From NCBI GenBank assembly GCA_002721445.1, contig PBKN01000007.1, positions 75,211 through 139,210 on the forward strand: a stretch of DNA of 64,000 bases. Reading direction: 5' to 3'. The notes beneath the pieces are model-generated. The model did not search any database and was not told the DNA's origin. It saw only the letters and a program-made list of their open reading frames with translations. The stretch is from Chloroflexota bacterium (lineage in GTDB: Bacteria; Chloroflexota; Dehalococcoidia; Lucifugimonadales; GCA-002723415). Positions 10,207-20,536 of this stretch are shown piece after piece; the first letter of the stretch is position 1; every line of letters begins with the position of its first letter. Position numbers and translations under genes: made by a program.

Positions 10207-10224
10207 ACTTGAAATAGTTCAAGT
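10207..10224 (+). promoter_or_regulatory. Perfect 7-bp hairpin in the predicted rpsL 5' leader
   Basis: ACTTGAA-atag-TTCAAGT lies just downstream of the predicted transcription start. Function unknown (5' stabiliser or regulatory). Confidence 0.3.
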
Positions 10225-10259
10225 TTACTTCTATTTGTAATTTTTATTAAGGACTGACC

Positions 10260-10670
10260 GTGCCTACTGTAAGACAGCTGATTAGAAAACCTAGGAGAAG
10301 TAAGAAGAAGCAAGGTAAAGCTCCTGCTTTAGGCTTGTCTTTTAATGCTTTAAAAAATAGATCTGAGAGGAATGTTAATTCTCCTCAGAAACGAGGTGTT
10401 TGTGTGCAGGTAAGGACTCAAACGCCAAAGAAGCCAAATTCTGCTTTACGCAAAGTTGCTAGAGTAAGATTAACAAATGGAATGGAAGTTACAGCATACA
10501 TACCTGGTGAAGGACATAACTTGCAAGAGCACTCAGTAGTGCTTATTAGGGGAGGGAGAGTAAAAGATCTCCCTGGTGTGAGATATCACATTGTAAGGGG
10601 TGCGCTAGATACAAATGGAGTGGAGGATAGAAGCAGGGGTAGAAGTAAATATGGTAGTAAAAAGAGTTAG
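10260..10670 (+). CDS. rpsL: 30S ribosomal protein uS12
   Basis: [12 protein letters not shown]..., [15 protein letters not shown]; GTG start after AAGGA. Confidence 0.97.
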   Translation: MPTVRQLIRKPRRSKKKQGKAPALGLSFNALKNRSERNVNSPQKRGVCVQVRTQTPKKPNSALRKVARVRLTNGMEVTAYIPGEGHNLQEHSVVLIRGGRVKDLPGVRYHIVRGALDTNGVEDRSRGRSKYGSKKS

Positions 10671-10746
10671 TAAATTAATGCTTAATTTCAAATTTTTTAT
10701 TATTTCAAGTTTTTTATTTAAATTTAAGATGTTTAGGTGATTATTT

Positions 10747-11217
10747 ATGGCGCGTCGTAGAGCTGCAGAAAAGCGTAAAGTTGTACCAGATTATAAATAT
10801 AAACAGATTGATGTTAGTCGTTTTATTAACAAGGTAATGGTAAATGGTAAAAAGAGTATCGCTCAAAAGATAGTCTATCAAGCATTAGATATTGTTGAAA
10901 AAGATGCAAAAAAATCGGGTTTAGAAATTTTCAGGCAGGCTATGAATAATGCTATGCCTGTTTTAGAGGTTAAATCTAGAAGAGTAGGTGGTGCTACATA
11001 TCAAGTTCCTACTGAAGTTATTCCTGCTAGGCGCACAACGCTAGCAATAAGATGGATAGTAGATGCAGCACGTTCTAGGAGTGGGATATCAATGGCTCAA
11101 AGTTTATCTAGGGAGCTTTTGGAAGCTTCTAAAGGACAAGGAGCTGCTGTTAAAAGAAGGGAAGATTTATATAAAATGGCGGAAGCTAACCGGGCGTTTG
11201 TGCATTTCAGATGGTAA
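10747..11217 (+). CDS. rpsG: 30S ribosomal protein uS7
   Basis: [12 protein letters not shown]..., [22 protein letters not shown]-terminus. Confidence 0.97.
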   Translation: MARRRAAEKRKVVPDYKYKQIDVSRFINKVMVNGKKSIAQKIVYQALDIVEKDAKKSGLEIFRQAMNNAMPVLEVKSRRVGGATYQVPTEVIPARRTTLAIRWIVDAARSRSGISMAQSLSRELLEASKGQGAAVKRREDLYKMAEANRAFVHFRW

Positions 11218-13316
11218 CTAAAGATCAGATACCTCCAGATTCTCAAAGTGCTGCTTCTAATAGCGGTAGCGACTCTATTGTTAATATGAGAAATATAGGT
11301 TTTATTGCTCATATTGATGCGGGTAAAACTACTGTAACAGAGCGGGTTCTTTTTTTTGCTGGTGTAATTCATAAAGTAGGTGAAGTACATGATGGTGCTG
11401 CCACAATGGATTGGATGGAGCAAGAAAGAGAGCGTGGGATAACTATAACTTCAGCTGCAACAACATGTACTTGGAAAGATTTCACAATAAATATTATTGA
11501 TACTCCTGGGCACGTTGATTTTACTGCAGAAGTCGAAAGAAGTTTGCGAGTTTTAGATGGAGGGGTGGTGGTTTTTGATGCAGTCGCAGGTGTTGAGCCT
11601 CAGTCTGAAACTGTTTGGAGGCAGGCAAATAAATATAAAGTTCCTAGAATTTGTTTTGTAAATAAAATGGATAGAATTGGTGCAGGATTTCAGAAGACTA
11701 TTGATAGCATGGTGAAAAGGCTAAAGGCTAGTCCTGTAGCTGTGCAGTTGCCAATCGGTGCTGAGAGTGATTTTTCAGGAGTAATTGATTTAATAGAAGA
11801 AAAAGCAATTATATATGATTCACAAGATGGTTTGTCTTTTGAAGAAGCAGCAATTCCTGATGAAATGTTAAATGAAGTTGATTCTTATAGAAAATTGATG
11901 GTTGAAAAAATTGCTGAAACAGATGATGTCCTTTTAGAAAAATTTTTAGAAGATAAGCCTATTAGTAATGAAGAGCTTAAAGCTGCTCTCCGTAGGGCTA
12001 CTATAGCTTATGAGTTAGTTCCTGTTTTTTGCGGTAGCGCTTTGCAAAATAGAGGGGTTCAGCCTTTATTGGATGCTATAGGTGATTATTTGCCAAGCCC
12101 TTTAGATGTTCCTGCTATTGAAGGAACAGTTTATAGAAGTGAAGACTCTGTTACTAGGAAGCCAGAAAATTCAGAGCCTTTTTCTGCATTAGCTTTTAAA
12201 ACTCTTTCTGATCCATTTGTTGGTAGGTTGGTTTATTTAAGAGTTTATTCAGGTACCGCTGTGACAGGAGGTATGGTTTTAAACTCTACTACAGGTAATA
12301 GAGAGAGATTGGGTAGGATATTGAGAATGCATGCTGATCATAGAGAAGATATTGAGAAAGTTTTGCCAGGTCAAATTATTGCTGTGGTTGGATTAAAAGA
12401 GACGTCTACTGGAGATACTATTTGTGATAGAGATAATCCAGTTGTATTGGAATCGATTACTTTTCCTGAGCCGGTTGTTTCCGTTGCTATTGAGCCTAAA
12501 TCTAGGGCTGATCAAGACAAGTTAGTTGATGCTTTAAATAAATTATCTGATGAAGATCCTACATTCAAAATAGCATATGATGATGAAACTGGCCAGACTG
12601 TTATGTCGGGCATGGGGGAGTTGCATTTAGAAATTTTAGTAGACAGAATGAAAAGAGAATTTAAAGTTGAGGGGAATGTAGGCAAGCCTAAGGTTGCATT
12701 TCGTGAAGCTATTACTAGGACTAGTAAAGCTGAAGCTAAATTTATACGTCAGACTGGTGGGCATGGTCAATATGGTCATGTTTGGATAGAAGTTGAGCCT
12801 TTAGAGCGTGGGTCAGGTTATGTTTTTGAAAATGTTATCAAGGGTGGAGCTATACCTCAGGAATATATTCCTTCAGTTTCTCAGGGAGCTAAAGAAGCTT
12901 TATCTTCTGGTTTGATAGGCGGTTATCCTGTCGTTGATGTCAAAGTTATCTTGCTTGACGGAAGTTATCATGATGTCGATTCTTCTAAAGTTGCTTTTCA
13001 GATAGCTGGTTCAATGGCTATGAAAACAGCTTTAGGTAAGGCTAAGTCAATATTATTAGAGCCTATTATGAGTTTGCAGGTGATTACTCCTGAAGAAAGT
13101 ATGGGGGATGTTATAGGTGATCTTGGTAAAAGGCGGGCGAATATAAAAAATATAGAAGCAGAGACTGGGACTCAATATATAAATGCTAGCTTGCCTTTAG
13201 GTGAAAGTTTTGGGTACGCGAATACTCTTAGGTCTTTAACTCAAGGTAGGGCTTCTTATAATATGGAATTTGATCAATATGAACAAGCTCCTTCTCATCT
13301 TGTTGAGAGTCAATAG
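11211..13316 (+). CDS. fusA: Elongation factor G
   Basis: [21 protein letters not shown]; 701 aa. ATG 11211 overlaps the rpsG stop. An alternative start at ATG 11286 (MRNIGF...) would remove a 25-aa Ser-rich N-terminus. Confidence 0.95.
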   Translation: MVTKDQIPPDSQSAASNSGSDSIVNMRNIGFIAHIDAGKTTVTERVLFFAGVIHKVGEVHDGAATMDWMEQERERGITITSAATTCTWKDFTINIIDTPGHVDFTAEVERSLRVLDGGVVVFDAVAGVEPQSETVWRQANKYKVPRICFVNKMDRIGAGFQKTIDSMVKRLKASPVAVQLPIGAESDFSGVIDLIEEKAIIYDSQDGLSFEEAAIPDEMLNEVDSYRKLMVEKIAETDDVLLEKFLEDKPISNEELKAALRRATIAYELVPVFCGSALQNRGVQPLLDAIGDYLPSPLDVPAIEGTVYRSEDSVTRKPENSEPFSALAFKTLSDPFVGRLVYLRVYSGTAVTGGMVLNSTTGNRERLGRILRMHADHREDIEKVLPGQIIAVVGLKETSTGDTICDRDNPVVLESITFPEPVVSVAIEPKSRADQDKLVDALNKLSDEDPTFKIAYDDETGQTVMSGMGELHLEILVDRMKREFKVEGNVGKPKVAFREAITRTSKAEAKFIRQTGGHGQYGHVWIEVEPLERGSGYVFENVIKGGAIPQEYIPSVSQGAKEALSSGLIGGYPVVDVKVILLDGSYHDVDSSKVAFQIAGSMAMKTALGKAKSILLEPIMSLQVITPEESMGDVIGDLGKRRANIKNIEAETGTQYINASLPLGESFGYANTLRSLTQGRASYNMEFDQYEQAPSHLVESQ

Positions 13317-13344
13317 GTTATAAATTAGGTAGATAGAGGTTAAG

Positions 13345-13656
13345 TTGACTACAGAGCAAAACATAAGAATAATATTAAAAGCATTTGATCATAAAATACT
13401 TGATCAATCTGCTGTTCAGATAGTTCAGGCTGCTGAGCGTACTGGTGCACGTGTAAAAGGCCCTGTACCAATGCCAACTACAATAAAGAGGTTTTGTGTT
13501 ATACGTTCGCCTCATATAGATAAGAATTCAAGAGAGCATTTTGAAGTTAGAACACATAATAGATTAATAGATATAACTGGGCCAAGCTCAAAGACCATTG
13601 ATTCTCTGACGCGAATTAATGTTCCTGCTGGCGTAGATATTTCTATTAAGTTATAG
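13345..13656 (+). CDS. rpsJ: 30S ribosomal protein uS10
   Basis: [14 protein letters not shown]; TTG start. Follows fusA directly (28-nt gap, no tuf). Confidence 0.97.
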   Translation: MTTEQNIRIILKAFDHKILDQSAVQIVQAAERTGARVKGPVPMPTTIKRFCVIRSPHIDKNSREHFEVRTHNRLIDITGPSSKTIDSLTRINVPAGVDISIKL

Positions 13657-13665
13657 GTGGTATAA

Positions 13666-14307
13666 ATGTCAGTCCAAGGTTTAATAGGAAAAAAAATAGG
13701 AACAACTCAGGTTTTTCGAGATGATAATTCTGCTGATTGTGTCACAGTCATAAGGGTGGAGTCTTGTGTTATTACACAAGTGAAAACAATTGAAAAAGAT
13801 GGTTACAGTAGTGTGCAAGTTGGGTCGATTAAGTCAAAAAATCCTAATATGCCTTTAAAGGGTCACTTAGGAGTGGGCAATGCTGCGTATAAAGTATTGC
13901 GAGAATTTAAAGTTTTTGATTCTTCTCAAATTAATACTGGGGATGTTTTAGATGTGGGTATGTTTGAAGTTGGTGAAAAAGTTAACGTATCTGCTTTGTC
14001 TAAAGGCAGAGGTTTTGCCGGAACAATAAAGAGGCATGGTTTTCATGGTGGGCCTAAAACTCATGGTCAGTCTGATAGACATAGGGCGCCTGGTTCAGTA
14101 GGTGCTGGAAGTAGTCCGGGTCGAGTATTTAAAGGTAAAAAAATGTCTGGACATATGGGTGCTTCTAAAGTTACCGTTAGGAATTTGGAAGTAGTCGTTG
14201 CGGATGTTGATAAAGGTGTAATATTTTTAAAAGGTGCTGTGCCTGGGCATAGAAATTCTTTGGTGTCTATAAATAAGGTTTCTTCGTATAATGGAGGCTC
14301 AAAATGA
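13666..14307 (+). CDS. rplC: 50S ribosomal protein uL3
   Basis: GLIGKKIGTTQVF..., GRGFAGTIKRHGF. Confidence 0.97.
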   Translation: MSVQGLIGKKIGTTQVFRDDNSADCVTVIRVESCVITQVKTIEKDGYSSVQVGSIKSKNPNMPLKGHLGVGNAAYKVLREFKVFDSSQINTGDVLDVGMFEVGEKVNVSALSKGRGFAGTIKRHGFHGGPKTHGQSDRHRAPGSVGAGSSPGRVFKGKKMSGHMGASKVTVRNLEVVVADVDKGVIFLKGAVPGHRNSLVSINKVSSYNGGSK

Positions 14308-14924
14308 AGCTAGAATTGAGAGCTCCTAATGGTTCGGTATCTGGAAGTGTTACTGTTGATGAGAAAATTTTTGATGCTGGAATAAACCCTGTATTGACTC
14401 ATCAGGTAGTTGTTAGTCAATTGTCTAATGAAAGGCAAGGTAATGCAGCTACTAAAAATAGGTCTGCTGTTTCTGGGGGTGGGGCTAAGCCAAGGCCTCA
14501 AAAACATTCGGGTCGTTCTAGGCAGGGAAGTATACGCTCTCCTCTGTGGAAAGGTGGAGGTGTAACTTTTGGCCCAAATGGAAGGAATTATTCGCAAAAA
14601 ATTCCAAAAAAAATGCGTAGAAAGTCTATATGTGGATTAATTTCTGATAAAGTTCGTTCCGGTCAAATAATTATTATTGAAGATTTAATTTTGCCTGAAT
14701 TTAAAACTAAATATATGGATGCTTTATTGAATACACTTGTGGGAAATTCTAGGGTATTATTGGTAACTAATAAAGTTGATGAAAATATATTAAAATGTGC
14801 CCGCAATATTCCTACTGTTAAGATGTTGCCGGTTCAGTTATTAAGCCCTCTAGATTTATCAAATAATCGTATATTAGTTATGACTATTGACTCTGTGAGA
14901 GAGATTGAAAGGTTGTGGGGGTAG
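14304..14924 (+). CDS. rplD: 50S ribosomal protein uL4
   Basis: ATGA overlap with rplC; GGGAKPRPQKHSGRSRQGS motif. Confidence 0.96.
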   Translation: MKLELRAPNGSVSGSVTVDEKIFDAGINPVLTHQVVVSQLSNERQGNAATKNRSAVSGGGAKPRPQKHSGRSRQGSIRSPLWKGGGVTFGPNGRNYSQKIPKKMRRKSICGLISDKVRSGQIIIIEDLILPEFKTKYMDALLNTLVGNSRVLLVTNKVDENILKCARNIPTVKMLPVQLLSPLDLSNNRILVMTIDSVREIERLWG

Positions 14925-14925
14925 T

Positions 14926-15213
14926 ATGAGTGAATCTTTTGATATATTAAGGAAGCCTATAATTTCTGAAAAAGCTTCAGATTTGCAAGGCTCGCATAAA
15001 TATACTTTTGAAGTAAGTAGGTCTGCAAATAAGCAACAAATAAAAATAGCAGTGGAAAAAGCTTTTGGAGTTAATGTCGTTAATGTAAATGTTTTGACTC
15101 TAAGGCGTAAGAGGAAAAGATTTGGTCCTCGTTTGTCAAAATTAAGTTTTTGGAAGAAAGCAATAGTAACTCTCAAAGATGGAGATGCTATTACTATGTA
15201 TGAAGGAGTATAA
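14926..15213 (+). CDS. rplW: 50S ribosomal protein uL23
   Basis: MSESFDILRKPIISEKA matches the usual uL23 N-terminus. ATG 14926 is preceded by GGGGG. The track start TTG 14905 would overlap rplD and add 7 aa. Confidence 0.93.
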   Translation: MSESFDILRKPIISEKASDLQGSHKYTFEVSRSANKQQIKIAVEKAFGVNVVNVNVLTLRRKRKRFGPRLSKLSFWKKAIVTLKDGDAITMYEGV

Positions 15214-15222
15214 CTCAAGCTT

Positions 15223-16053
15223 ATGGCATTAAGAGAACGTAAACCTATAACTCCTGGTCAGAGAGGGATGATACTGCAGCTTAGTGATGATATTACTAGG
15301 TCTAAGCCTAAGAAGTCATTGCTTAAGCCTTTGAAGAAAAGAGCTGGAAGGAATTCTAGTGGGCGGTTGACAGTAAGGCATAGAGGTGGAGGCCATAAGA
15401 GGCGTTTTAGAGAGATAGATTTTAAAAGAGATAAACATGGAGTTTTGGGTTCGGTGTTTTCTATAGAATATGATCCTAACAGGTCCTCTAGAATTGCTTT
15501 GATTAAGTATAGTGATGGAGATTGGAGGTATATAATTGCTCCTAATGGACTGAAGGTTGGAGATGAGGTGTCTTCCGGTAAAGATGTTGGAATATCTGTG
15601 GGGAATTCTTTGCCTCTTAATTCAATTCCTACTGGTACCTTGGTTCACAATGTTGAACTGACTTTAGGTAAAGGGGGGCAAATTGTTCGAAGTGCAGGTA
15701 ATTCTGCGCAAGTTTTAGCTAAGGAGGGAAGGTATACTTTGCTTAGGCTCCCTTCTGGCGAGGTTAGGTATATTTTAAGTGATTGTTCGGCTACTATAGG
15801 TGAATTAAGTGTTCCGGATCATAAAAATATAAAATTGGGTAAAGCTGGTAAAAGTAGGCATTTAGGTAAGCGTCCTTCGGTTAGAGGTTCTGTAATGTCT
15901 CCAAGAGATCATCCTCACGGTGGAGGTGAGGGCAGGTCTCCAATTGGGATGCCGGGCCCTAAGACCCCTTGGGGTAAACCAGCTTTGGGTTATAGAACGA
16001 GAAAAAATAAATCTACAGATAAATTCATAGTTCGTCGTAGATATCAAAAGTAG
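15223..16053 (+). CDS. rplB: 50S ribosomal protein uL2
   Basis: [25 protein letters not shown]. Confidence 0.97.
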   Translation: MALRERKPITPGQRGMILQLSDDITRSKPKKSLLKPLKKRAGRNSSGRLTVRHRGGGHKRRFREIDFKRDKHGVLGSVFSIEYDPNRSSRIALIKYSDGDWRYIIAPNGLKVGDEVSSGKDVGISVGNSLPLNSIPTGTLVHNVELTLGKGGQIVRSAGNSAQVLAKEGRYTLLRLPSGEVRYILSDCSATIGELSVPDHKNIKLGKAGKSRHLGKRPSVRGSVMSPRDHPHGGGEGRSPIGMPGPKTPWGKPALGYRTRKNKSTDKFIVRRRYQK

Positions 16054-16078
16054 GTTATAATTATAATGGAGAATTTTA

Positions 16079-16363
16079 ATGTCTAGATCTACAAAAAAAG
16101 GTCCTTATGTGGACCAAAAATTAGCAAAAAAAATTGAGGCTGCAAATAAGAGTGGTTCCAAGGAAGTTATTAAAACTTGGTCTAGGGCTTCTATGATAAT
16201 GCCAGAGATGATTTCTTTAACAATAGCTGTGCATGATGGAAGAAGGCATGTGCCAGTCTTTATCTCAGAAAACATGATTGGTCATAAATTAGGAGAATTT
16301 GCACCTACGAGAACATTTAGAGGTCATGCATCTAGGTCTGAAAAAGTAAGTTCTATAAATTAA
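16079..16363 (+). CDS. rpsS: 30S ribosomal protein uS19
   Basis: [24 protein letters not shown]. Confidence 0.97.
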   Translation: MSRSTKKGPYVDQKLAKKIEAANKSGSKEVIKTWSRASMIMPEMISLTIAVHDGRRHVPVFISENMIGHKLGEFAPTRTFRGHASRSEKVSSIN

Positions 16364-16377
16364 TTCAGGAGTAAATT

Positions 16378-16716
16378 TTGGTTATTAAGGCTGTTACAAC
16401 TAACACTGGCATATCTGCTCAGAAAATGGGCAGGATCACTTCTATGATTAAGGGTATGTATGTAGAAGAGGCTCTTAATATTTTAAAATTTATGCCATCT
16501 CCTGCAGCAAAAAAAATTTCGAAAGTCGTTAAGTCAGCTACAAATAATGCTGAAGAGGCTGTAAGTTCTGGTTCTAGTAATTTAATTATAAAAGATATTT
16601 TTGCTAATGAAGGTCCGAGGGCAAAGCGTTTTCGAGCTAGAGCTAGAGGGAGAATGTCAAGGATTATAAGACGAAGCAGTAGTATTACTGTTTATTTAGA
16701 TGAAAGTGAGGTATAG
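16378..16716 (+). CDS. rplV: 50S ribosomal protein uL22
   Basis: Position in the S10 operon; FMPSPAAKKISKVVKSA, RAKRFRARARGR; TTG start. Confidence 0.95.
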   Translation: MVIKAVTTNTGISAQKMGRITSMIKGMYVEEALNILKFMPSPAAKKISKVVKSATNNAEEAVSSGSSNLIIKDIFANEGPRAKRFRARARGRMSRIIRRSSSITVYLDESEV

Positions 16717-16719
16717 GAA

Positions 16720-17484
16720 GTGGGTCAAAAAACACATCCTATTGGATTTCGTATTGGTATAGTTAAAGGTTGGCAAGCTAATTGGTTTGCTAAAAAACCT
16801 GCTGATTACCGTAATTTACTTAAAGAAGACATTGCTATAAGAAAATCTATAATGGCTAGATATCCTGATGCAGGAATATCTAGAATTGAAATCGAGAGAA
16901 GCAATGAAACTGTTGCTACTATTTATACTTCTCGCCCTGGAATAGTTATTGGTCGTGGAGGTCAAAGAGTTGATGAACTCAAAAAATTATTAGAAGGTAT
17001 TATTTCTGGAAATGCAAGGTTGAATGTTCAAGAAATTCGGCAACCAGAATTAGATGCTTATTTAGTTGGGCGGTCTGTAGCTGATCAGCTAGAAAAAAGA
17101 GTTGTTTATAGGCGGGCAATGAGGCTGGCTATTAGTAGGACAATGCAGGCTGGAGCAAAGGGTGTAAAAATTCTTGTTTCTGGCAGACTTGGTGGGGCCG
17201 ATATAGCAAGGCAAGGCAAAATGATGGAAGGTAGGGTTCCTTTACATACGCTTAGGGCTGATATAGATTTTGGTATTGCAGTTGCAGCTACAGAATTCGG
17301 GTCTATTGGCGTAAAGGTTTGGATATATAAAGGTGACATTATTGGTGATACCGCTGAAGAAGAAGAGATAGAGGATACAGTAGGTACTATTGAAGTGTTG
17401 GTTACTGCAGATGGAGTAGATGGAGAAGAGTCTAAAGATATTTCTCCTGGGGAGGTTGATAATGTTACAACCGAAGAGAGTTAA
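16720..17484 (+). CDS. rpsC: 30S ribosomal protein uS3 (with acidic C-terminal tail)
   Basis: [15 protein letters not shown] domain GIVIGRGG; GTG start. The C-terminal 45 aa or so are Asp/Glu-rich. Confidence 0.96.
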   Translation: MGQKTHPIGFRIGIVKGWQANWFAKKPADYRNLLKEDIAIRKSIMARYPDAGISRIEIERSNETVATIYTSRPGIVIGRGGQRVDELKKLLEGIISGNARLNVQEIRQPELDAYLVGRSVADQLEKRVVYRRAMRLAISRTMQAGAKGVKILVSGRLGGADIARQGKMMEGRVPLHTLRADIDFGIAVAATEFGSIGVKVWIYKGDIIGDTAEEEEIEDTVGTIEVLVTADGVDGEESKDISPGEVDNVTTEES

Positions 17485-17875
17485 ATTTCGTAACCATCAT
17501 AGAGGTAGGAGGCGAGGTATGGCTGTTGCTGGAAGTAAATTGAACTTTGGCGAATTTGGTTTGAAGGCTACAGAAAATGCCTGGATCACTTCTCGTCAAA
17601 TTGAGTCTGCAAGAAGGGCGATGACTCGCTCTGTTAAAAGAGGCGGAAAAATGTGGATTCGAATTTTTCCAGATAAATCTGTTACAGCCAGGGCTGCTGA
17701 GACAAGGATGGGTAAAGGTAAGGGTGCGGTTGATCATTGGGTGGCAGTTGTTCGTCCTGGTCGTATATTGTTTGAAATGTCTGGGGTAACTTTTGAAGAA
17801 GCAAAAAAGGCTTTTCAATTGGCGTCTTCTAAATTACCCATATCTACAAAAGTAGTTGAGAGGAATATTATATAA
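17462..17875 (+). CDS. rplP: 50S ribosomal protein uL16
   Basis: [19 protein letters not shown] is the canonical uL16 N-terminus. ATG 17462 overlaps the rpsC end by 23 nt. The track start 17420 adds a non-homologous 14 aa. Confidence 0.95.
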   Translation: MLQPKRVKFRNHHRGRRRGMAVAGSKLNFGEFGLKATENAWITSRQIESARRAMTRSVKRGGKMWIRIFPDKSVTARAAETRMGKGKGAVDHWVAVVRPGRILFEMSGVTFEEAKKAFQLASSKLPISTKVVERNII

Positions 17876-17909
17876 ACATAGTCTTTTACGAGATGTTTAG
17901 GTGTGAAAT

Positions 17910-18113
17910 ATGGAAATTGATGACATAAGAAATTTATCAGATATTGAATTAGAAGAAGAATTAAGTTCTGTAAAAAGAGAGCTTATGAATTTAAGATTCA
18001 AGGTTGCTACTATGCAATTAGCGAATGTTAATGAAGTTAGTAAAGCTAAAAAAAGAATTGCTAGAATTCATACAGTTAAAAGAGAACGTGAGTTAGTTAA
18101 GGAAAATTTATGA
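17910..18113 (+). CDS. rpmC: 50S ribosomal protein uL29
   Basis: Position and LMNLRFKVATMQL motif; 67 aa. Confidence 0.95.
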   Translation: MEIDDIRNLSDIELEEELSSVKRELMNLRFKVATMQLANVNEVSKAKKRIARIHTVKRERELVKENL

Positions 18114-18373
18114 GTTTTGATAGGAGAAAAATTCGAACTGGAAGAGTTGTTAGTAACAAAATGGAAAAAACCATTGTTGTTCAGCTTGAATCTAGGTATG
18201 TCCATAGATTGTATCGTAAAGCTGTTAAAACTCGATCAAATATTAAGGTCCATGACCCAGAAAATTTATGCAAGGTTGGTGATCTTGTAAAAGTGATGGA
18301 GAGTAGGCCTATGTCTAAGCATAAGAATTGGTTACTTAAGGAAGTGGTATTAGAATCTAGTGAGCCAATTTAA
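18110..18373 (+). CDS. rpsQ: 30S ribosomal protein uS17
   Basis: ATGA overlap with rpmC; GRVVSNKMEKTIVV, YRKAVKTRSNIKVHD. Confidence 0.96.
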   Translation: MSFDRRKIRTGRVVSNKMEKTIVVQLESRYVHRLYRKAVKTRSNIKVHDPENLCKVGDLVKVMESRPMSKHKNWLLKEVVLESSEPI

Positions 18374-18414
18374 TGGGTAGTATTAAATTATAAGGATAAA
18401 AAGGGAGAGTAGAT

Positions 18415-18783
18415 TTGATTCAGCAGTATACAAGATTAAAAGTTGCTGATAATTCAGGTGCAAAAACAATTAGTTGTATTGGCATACCTGGAGGAACAGG
18501 TAAGCAGTATGCTTGGTTGGGTGATGTTATAGTTGCTTCAGTAAAGGAAGCTTCACCTGCGTCTGCTGTCAAAAAAGGAGAAGTGGTAAAGGCTGTCGTT
18601 GTTAGAACCTCAAAACCTCATGGAAGAGATGATGGCTCAAGAATTAAGTTTGATGACAATGCTGCAGTTATAATAAATGATGAAAAAATGCCAAGAGGTA
18701 CTAGAATTTTTGGTCCTATTGCCCGTGAATTACGTGAAAAAGATTTTATGCGTATTGTTTCTCTTGCTCCAGAGGTGTTGTGA
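18415..18783 (+). CDS. rplN: 50S ribosomal protein uL14
   Basis: [17 protein letters not shown]; TTG start. Confidence 0.97.
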   Translation: MIQQYTRLKVADNSGAKTISCIGIPGGTGKQYAWLGDVIVASVKEASPASAVKKGEVVKAVVVRTSKPHGRDDGSRIKFDDNAAVIINDEKMPRGTRIFGPIARELREKDFMRIVSLAPEVL

Positions 18784-19094
18784 TGAAATTGCGTGAAAAA
18801 GATAATGTTTTAGTTATAAATGGTAGGGATAGAGGTAAGCGTGGTGAAATAAAGCAAGTTTTTCCTAAAGAAGGTACTGCATTAGTTGAAGGAGTTAACA
18901 TAGCTACTAAGCATGTTAAGTCTCAAGGTCAAGGAAGGGAAGGCGGAATAATAAAAACGGAAATACCAATTAATGTTTCTAACTTAATATTAATATGTTC
19001 TGTTTGTACTAAGCCTTCACGTATTGGTTATAAAAAATTAGATGATGGTACTAACGCCAGGTTATGTAAATTGTGTAAGGAAGTAATTGAGTGA
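18783..19094 (+). CDS. rplX: 50S ribosomal protein uL24 (CxxC...CxxC C-terminal zinc-ribbon type)
   Basis: KOW motif [19 protein letters not shown]; CSVC...CKLC near the C-terminus. ATG 18783 (TGATG overlap); the track lists GTG 18780. Confidence 0.95.
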   Translation: MKLREKDNVLVINGRDRGKRGEIKQVFPKEGTALVEGVNIATKHVKSQGQGREGGIIKTEIPINVSNLILICSVCTKPSRIGYKKLDDGTNARLCKLCKEVIE

Positions 19095-19888
19095 TTGAAG
19101 ATGAAATGAAATCTGATTCTAATTTAGAGTCAAATAGTGATATTGATAAAGAAAGTGTTAAGAAGTCAAAACCTAAGTCTAAAAAGATTTCGGCTAAAAA
19201 GCCTGTAGCTAAAAAACCTGTAGCTGCTAAACGGGCAGTAAGTAAAAAATCTGTTCAAGTAGATAAAGTATCAGGAAAATCCAATGTAAAGAAAAACAGT
19301 GCTGATGGAAGCGTTTCTAAATCTAATGGTATAGGTTTAGCTCCTCCTAATATGTTGACTAAAGTTCGTGATGATATAGCCCCTCTTTTAATTAAGGAAT
19401 TTAATTATAAGAGTTCTATGCAGGTTCCTGGACTTACTAAGGTTACTTTGAATATTGGTATGGGTTCTGAGGCAATACAAAATTCTAAATCTTTAGATGC
19501 TGCAGCCAATGATGTGGCAATTATAACTGGACAAAAACCTATTGTAACTAGAGCTAGGAAGTCAATTGCAGCTTTTAAGCTTAGGGAAGGGATGCCGATT
19601 GGTGTAAGTGTTACATTAAGGCGAAGGAAAATGTATGAATTTATGGAAAGATTTATAAGTTCTGCTTTGCCAAGAATAAGGGACTTTAGAGGTTTAAGTA
19701 GAAACTGTTTTGATGGAAGAGGCAATTGTACTATAGGTATAAAAGAGCAAGTTATATTTCCTGAAATTGACTATAACTCTATAGATAAATTAAGAGGGCT
19801 TCAAGTCATAATATGTACAAGTGCTAATAGTGATATTGAAGGAATTAGGTTCCTAGAATTGTTGGGAATGCCTTTTGTTAAAAAATAA
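19091..19888 (+). CDS. rplE: 50S ribosomal protein uL5 with 87-codon Lys/Ser-rich N-terminal extension
   Basis: The canonical uL5 core begins at [38 protein letters not shown] (ATG 19352). The frame is open upstream to GTG 19091, which forms a GTGA overlap with the rplX stop. Confidence 0.9.
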   Translation: MIEDEMKSDSNLESNSDIDKESVKKSKPKSKKISAKKPVAKKPVAAKRAVSKKSVQVDKVSGKSNVKKNSADGSVSKSNGIGLAPPNMLTKVRDDIAPLLIKEFNYKSSMQVPGLTKVTLNIGMGSEAIQNSKSLDAAANDVAIITGQKPIVTRARKSIAAFKLREGMPIGVSVTLRRRKMYEFMERFISSALPRIRDFRGLSRNCFDGRGNCTIGIKEQVIFPEIDYNSIDKLRGLQVIICTSANSDIEGIRFLELLGMPFVKK

Positions 19889-19921
19889 TGGATAAATAAT
19901 TAGTTTAGGAGTATATGACGC

Positions 19922-20107
19922 TTGGCAAAAGTATCTAAAATAGCTAGATGGAAAAGACCTCAAAGGTTTAAAGTTAGAGAGATGAATAGGTGTAATAATT
20001 GTGGAAGGCCTAGGGCTTATATCCGACACTTTGGACTTTGTAGGATTTGTTTTAGAAATATGGCATTGCAAGGATTATTGCCGGGTGTTCGAAAGGCTAG
20101 TTGGTAA
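19922..20107 (+). CDS. rpsN: 30S ribosomal protein uS14, short zinc-binding type
   Basis: 61 aa, [22 protein letters not shown]; TTG start. Confidence 0.95.
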   Translation: MAKVSKIARWKRPQRFKVREMNRCNNCGRPRAYIRHFGLCRICFRNMALQGLLPGVRKASW

Positions 20108-20113
20108 ATAAAA

Positions 20114-20521
20114 ATGCATAAGATAGTTACAGATCCAATAGGCGATATGCTTACCAGAATTCGTAATGGTGTGTTGCCTCATCATGAATCAGTAGAAATA
20201 CCTGCTTCAAAAATAAAAACAGAAATAGCAAATATTCTTAGAGATGAAGGTTTTATTAAAGGTTATGAATTATTAAATGACGATTCATTATACCCCATTA
20301 TTAAGATATATTTGAGTTATTCTAAAGATGGAACACCTTTAATTTCTGGTTTGAAGCGTGTTAGTAAACCTGGTCTAAGAGTTTATGTTGGTAAACATGA
20401 AATACCTAGGCATTATGCAGGATTGGCAGTCGCTATATTGTCTACTTCTCAAGGAGTTATTACCGGTAAAAGTGCCTGGAAATCTGGAGTTGGAGGAGAG
20501 TTGTTATGTTATATATGGTGA
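20114..20521 (+). CDS. rpsH: 30S ribosomal protein uS8
   Basis: DPIGDMLTRIRNG, ILSTSQGVITGK. Confidence 0.97.
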   Translation: MHKIVTDPIGDMLTRIRNGVLPHHESVEIPASKIKTEIANILRDEGFIKGYELLNDDSLYPIIKIYLSYSKDGTPLISGLKRVSKPGLRVYVGKHEIPRHYAGLAVAILSTSQGVITGKSAWKSGVGGELLCYIW

Positions 20522-20536
20522 TATGGAGTAGTTATT

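Noticed and set aside
10671-10746. AT-only inverted repeat (AAATTAA..TTAATTT) followed by a T-run between rpsL and rpsG, as a possible attenuator or terminator
   Set aside because: The stem is all A-T and very weak, and such sequences arise by chance in this composition. It also lies within an operon that must be read through.
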